Shown here in pieces: positions 60,798 through 64,000 of a stretch of DNA of 64,000 bases. Positions within the stretch are counted from its first letter, which is position 1. Every line of letters starts with the position of its first letter. The notes under the pieces are model-generated. The model worked only from the letters and a program-made list of their open reading frames with translations. It had not been told where the DNA came from and did not search any database. The position numbers and the translations under genes were made by a program. Source of the stretch: an uncultured archaeon (GTDB lineage: Archaea > Asgardarchaeota > Lokiarchaeia > Sigyniarchaeales > SOKP01); contig CAZBNW010000004.1 in assembly GCA_964493385.1 (NCBI GenBank), forward strand, positions 566 through 64,565, in the 5' to 3' direction.

Positions 60798-62780
60798 GTG
60801 GATACCGACAAAAATCAAGATATTTTAGAAAAGCAACTAAAAGTATTAGGTAAAAAGGTTAGGATTGATATTTTAAAAAAATTAAAAAACACTCAAACTC
60901 CATTATCGTTTTCAAAGCTTCAAAAAGAGGTTTTAGGAAATAATCTTTCTTCTGTTAATTTGTCATTCCATCTAAATACTTTAAAAATGGGTGAATTAAT
61001 TTTATCATCAGAAGAAGGTTATTCAATTACTTTATTAGGGGAACAAATTATAGATAAGATTTCGTCTATTGAGCAAATTCTAAATAAACAACACAAGGCA
61101 AGGATGATCCGAACCTCAAAATATTCTAAGGAACTATTTGATTCAAGAAAAATTGAGGAATATTTAGTGAAAGAAGGTGAATTAGAGCGATTTTTAGCTA
61201 AACAAATTGCCCATGAAGTAGAAGAGCGTCTCTCTAAGACAAATATAGAATATATGACTACACCCTTGATGCGTGAGTATATTAATGCAGTTTTATTAGA
61301 AAATGGTTTAGAGGAAGTCAGACACAAGTTAACTCGATTAGGAACTCCTCCATTCGAAGTATTTCAATTATTTGATTCAAAAAAGTGTGAGATTAGGCCT
61401 GAAAACTTTATTAAAAGATTAGGTTCTGATGTTTCTGAACAGTTTTTACTTCTTAACCTTTTGCCTAAGAACCTAGCCGATCTATATTTATCTGGAGAAA
61501 TTGCCTTACTCTATTTGAATTATTGGAGTTTAAGGCCATTAAGTTTGTATATAAACACAAAAACAATAATTAATTATCTTTTCAAAACTCATTCATATTC
61601 TTCACAGAAAATTAAAGGATCTACAGATTATACAGATTTTCTTATTCACTTTTTTGATCTGTTATATACACTAAACCAATTTTATTCCGAAGACTTATTT
61701 CTAGGCGATTTCAATACTCAATTTCTCTCTTATTTTGAATTACCAAAAACAAAATCATTCAATTTTAATTTATTAACTTCTCAAATGCTTAGGTTCAATA
61801 ACTTCTTTAATGATGGTAAAACACATTTATCATTGAACTTTAATTATAATAGAGAATTAGTAGAAAACTTTGCAATTCAGAATCAGATTGATGAACAATT
61901 TCTTAATTCTTTAAATATACAAAATAGAGACCGCACAAAACCACTACTATTTTTTGAGTGGTTGACGCTTTTATCATCAGAATCGGGAAGTGGTATCAGA
62001 AAAAGTCTTCTTACTGATTCTAATAAAAATAATCTAATTATCTATAATAAAGATTATTCAGATTTATTAAATTCAACCATAATTCAAATACCAAATCCTA
62101 AAGAGGAAAAAATTATTTTAGACAAGATCTTAGTGAATTTACACATGATATCAGTAGAGGCAAAGCAAAATGATGATTTATTTTTAGATTTACTACAAGA
62201 TAAATTAAATTCTATATTTGAATTATTTAAATATAAAGATAAATTAGTTCAAAAAAGGCTAAATTCTCTTAAACAATGGAATTTCTTAATTTCTCGGATT
62301 TTAAATAAGAATATAAGACATCTATTTGGAGAAGCTTTAAAGGCCATTAGTTTTTTCGGCTTAAATGAAGCTATTTTAAATCATTGCGGAATTGAACTCG
62401 ATAGAACAGAAAGCAGTGAAGCTTTTGCGCTAAAAATCCTATCAAAAATGAAAAATATTATTGAGGAAAGAAATGAAGTTGATAACAATTATTTTATTCT
62501 AAGTCAACCACATTATGATTCTTATTTGAAAGATTCCTACCATAATGGTATGGCACAATACAAACAAAAAATAAATGGATATTCTTCAAGAATAATTAGA
62601 AGTGAATCAAATCTTTCCTTGAATAAAAAAATCAAATTATTCAAAAAATTTCAAAAAATCCTCAATGGAGGGACTTTATTTATAGAAAAAAAACCACTTG
62701 AAATGTCATATCAAAAATTTTTAAAAACTTTATTTGAATCCAAAATAGGTGCGATTTCTTTAAGTGATTGCATATTCTAA
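60798..62780 (+). CDS. Winged-helix (ArsR-like) plus ATP-cone domain protein with a large uncharacterised C-terminal region
   Basis: wHTH pattern RIDILKKL...LSFSKLQKEV...VNLSFHLNTL. ATP-cone pattern MIRTSKYSKELFDSRKIEEYL...YINAVLLENG. The rest has only a weak class III RNR-like flavour and no glycyl-radical motif. Confidence 0.5.
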   Translation: MDTDKNQDILEKQLKVLGKKVRIDILKKLKNTQTPLSFSKLQKEVLGNNLSSVNLSFHLNTLKMGELILSSEEGYSITLLGEQIIDKISSIEQILNKQHKARMIRTSKYSKELFDSRKIEEYLVKEGELERFLAKQIAHEVEERLSKTNIEYMTTPLMREYINAVLLENGLEEVRHKLTRLGTPPFEVFQLFDSKKCEIRPENFIKRLGSDVSEQFLLLNLLPKNLADLYLSGEIALLYLNYWSLRPLSLYINTKTIINYLFKTHSYSSQKIKGSTDYTDFLIHFFDLLYTLNQFYSEDLFLGDFNTQFLSYFELPKTKSFNFNLLTSQMLRFNNFFNDGKTHLSLNFNYNRELVENFAIQNQIDEQFLNSLNIQNRDRTKPLLFFEWLTLLSSESGSGIRKSLLTDSNKNNLIIYNKDYSDLLNSTIIQIPNPKEEKIILDKILVNLHMISVEAKQNDDLFLDLLQDKLNSIFELFKYKDKLVQKRLNSLKQWNFLISRILNKNIRHLFGEALKAISFFGLNEAILNHCGIELDRTESSEAFALKILSKMKNIIEERNEVDNNYFILSQPHYDSYLKDSYHNGMAQYKQKINGYSSRIIRSESNLSLNKKIKLFKKFQKILNGGTLFIEKKPLEMSYQKFLKTLFESKIGAISLSDCIF

Positions 62781-62817
62781 AAAGCAGAATAAAAAACTAG
62801 AACAAATTCTTTAAAAT

Positions 62818-63747
62818 TTATTTTGTCATTAATTCTGCTAAAAGAGCTTTCCTCATTGGGATCCCATAATAAGTTTGTTTAAAGTAAAGCGCCTTTTCTG
62901 AACCATCGACACTTGGAGAAATTTCTGTAATTCTTGGTAAAGGATGTAATAATCTGAAATTATTTTTTGTTTCTTTAAGGTCCTCTTGTCGAAATATATA
63001 GAACCCTTTAATTCTTTCATACTCTTCCAGATCAACAAATCTTTCTTTCTGGATCCGTGTCATATAAAGGACATCTAAAATATTTAGTATTTTCCTATAA
63101 TCTGTGATTTCTTTATATTTAGCTTGCCGGTGTTGTAAAAAATCTTTATCACGATTTCTCATTCTCAATTCCATAGGACTTATGAAATAAATATTAACAT
63201 CGAAATTCGAAAGTAAAATCGCAAGTGAATGAATGGTTCTCCCATATTTTAGATCTCCCATTAAACCTATATTCAACCCATCTAATGTCCCTATTTCTTC
63301 ATCGATAGTTAATAAATCCAATAATGCTTGAGTTGGATGTTCTCCACTTCCAGATCCAGCATTGATAATTGGAATTTTCGCAAATTTAGCAGCCAATGTT
63401 GCAGCTCCTTCAAGTGAATGTCTCATAACTATGCAATCGCTATAATTCTCTACGGTTCTTATTGTATCTGCAATACTTTCCCCTTTTTTAATAGAAGAAA
63501 CATCTCCAGAATGGAATCCAATTACACTCCCACCTAATCTATACATAGCGGATTCAAAACTAAGACGAGTGCGAGTAGAAGGTTCAAAAAATAAAGTAGC
63601 TAAGATTTTTCCTTGAAGAATATTTGAATTCTTGATATGAATCATTTCTTTGCTTTTCTTTAAAATGTATTCGATATCTGCTCTATCAAATTGCTTAGCA
63701 CTAATTATACCTTCGCTAAACTTCTCTTTAAACATTTGAATTCTCAA
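62818..63747 (-). CDS. pyrB: Aspartate carbamoyltransferase catalytic subunit
   Basis: FFEPSTRTRLSFE, HPTQALLD and LHPLPR motifs. Confidence 0.9.
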   Translation of the reverse strand: MRIQMFKEKFSEGIISAKQFDRADIEYILKKSKEMIHIKNSNILQGKILATLFFEPSTRTRLSFESAMYRLGGSVIGFHSGDVSSIKKGESIADTIRTVENYSDCIVMRHSLEGAATLAAKFAKIPIINAGSGSGEHPTQALLDLLTIDEEIGTLDGLNIGLMGDLKYGRTIHSLAILLSNFDVNIYFISPMELRMRNRDKDFLQHRQAKYKEITDYRKILNILDVLYMTRIQKERFVDLEEYERIKGFYIFRQEDLKETKNNFRLLHPLPRITEISPSVDGSEKALYFKQTYYGIPMRKALLAELMTK

Positions 63748-63897
63748 TCAATATGTTTTTATTAACATTATGTAAATAAGATTTAAATTATTTTTTATTA
63801 AATGATGGTTATTCAAAAAGAACTGAACAGAACTAATAAAATTTAAAATTTATAAATAATTACTAAACTTAATCTTAAAGCTAATGGTTACTAATAA

Positions 63898-64000
63898 ATG
63901 AAATACCCTAAAACTGTCAACCGCTATTGTCCATCATGTAGATCACATACAAAGCATAGTGTGGCACTCTATAAAAAGGGTAAGGAGAGAGCCTTAAATC
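63898..64000 (+). CDS. rpl44e: Ribosomal protein L44e (eL42), 5' part; continues beyond the window
   Basis: MKYPKTVNRYCPSCRSHTKHSVALYKKGKERAL matches the L44e N-terminus with its zinc knuckle. Confidence 0.8.
   Translation, partial: MKYPKTVNRYCPSCRSHTKHSVALYKKGKERALN

Overview
Visibly AT-rich archaeal chromosome segment with about 65 protein genes. I found no rRNA, tRNA, CRISPR array, transposase or integrase. Housekeeping content includes the gcvT-H-PA-PB glycine cleavage cluster and two conserved archaeal clusters: pus10-rpl21e-rpoF-DUF655-rsmA-methyltransferase and rpoA1-rpoA2-rpl30e-nusA-rps12-rps7. There is also an HMf-type histone, ilvC, pyrB, type II dehydroquinate synthase, glycogen synthase plus GH57, an XPD helicase and NurA. 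These sit next to eukaryote-like genes: three Rab/Ras-like small GTPases, a Roadblock/LC7 protein and an ESCRT-III/Snf7-like protein. That combination suggests an Asgard (Lokiarchaeia-like) genome; this is inference only. The main result is a dense set of gene-expression anomalies that the ORF track hides. (1) rpoA2 is split inside its most conserved motif by a 29-nt insert with a hairpin and flanking GCGTA repeats. The insert folds as a relaxed bulge-helix-bulge splice motif whose predicted cleavage restores the frame exactly; translational bypassing is the alternative. (2) A thioredoxin-fold redoxin has TGA at the first Cys of its WCxxC motif, so it is a likely selenoprotein, and a GC-rich hairpin lies in its 3' UTR. 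(3) A 63-codon zinc-ribbon ORF has TGA at the first Cys of a CPxC knuckle. (4) In-frame TGA, TAG and TAA codons interrupt a crotonase, an LLM oxidoreductase and an MFS paralogue. (5) A -1 shift at an A8 run splits an acyl-CoA synthetase paralogue. (6) rpl21e and gcvPB have no in-frame ATG/GTG/TTG start and apparently initiate at ATC and ATT/ATA behind strong Shine-Dalgarno sites. Other points are a small domain present both as the RpoA1 C-terminal tail and as a 46-aa ORF between rpoA1 and rpoA2, and a repeated intergenic hairpin element with a compensatory base-pair change. Nothing here was checked by database search or by folding or alignment software; every statement comes from reading the sequence by hand, including hand alignments and hand-drawn base pairings.
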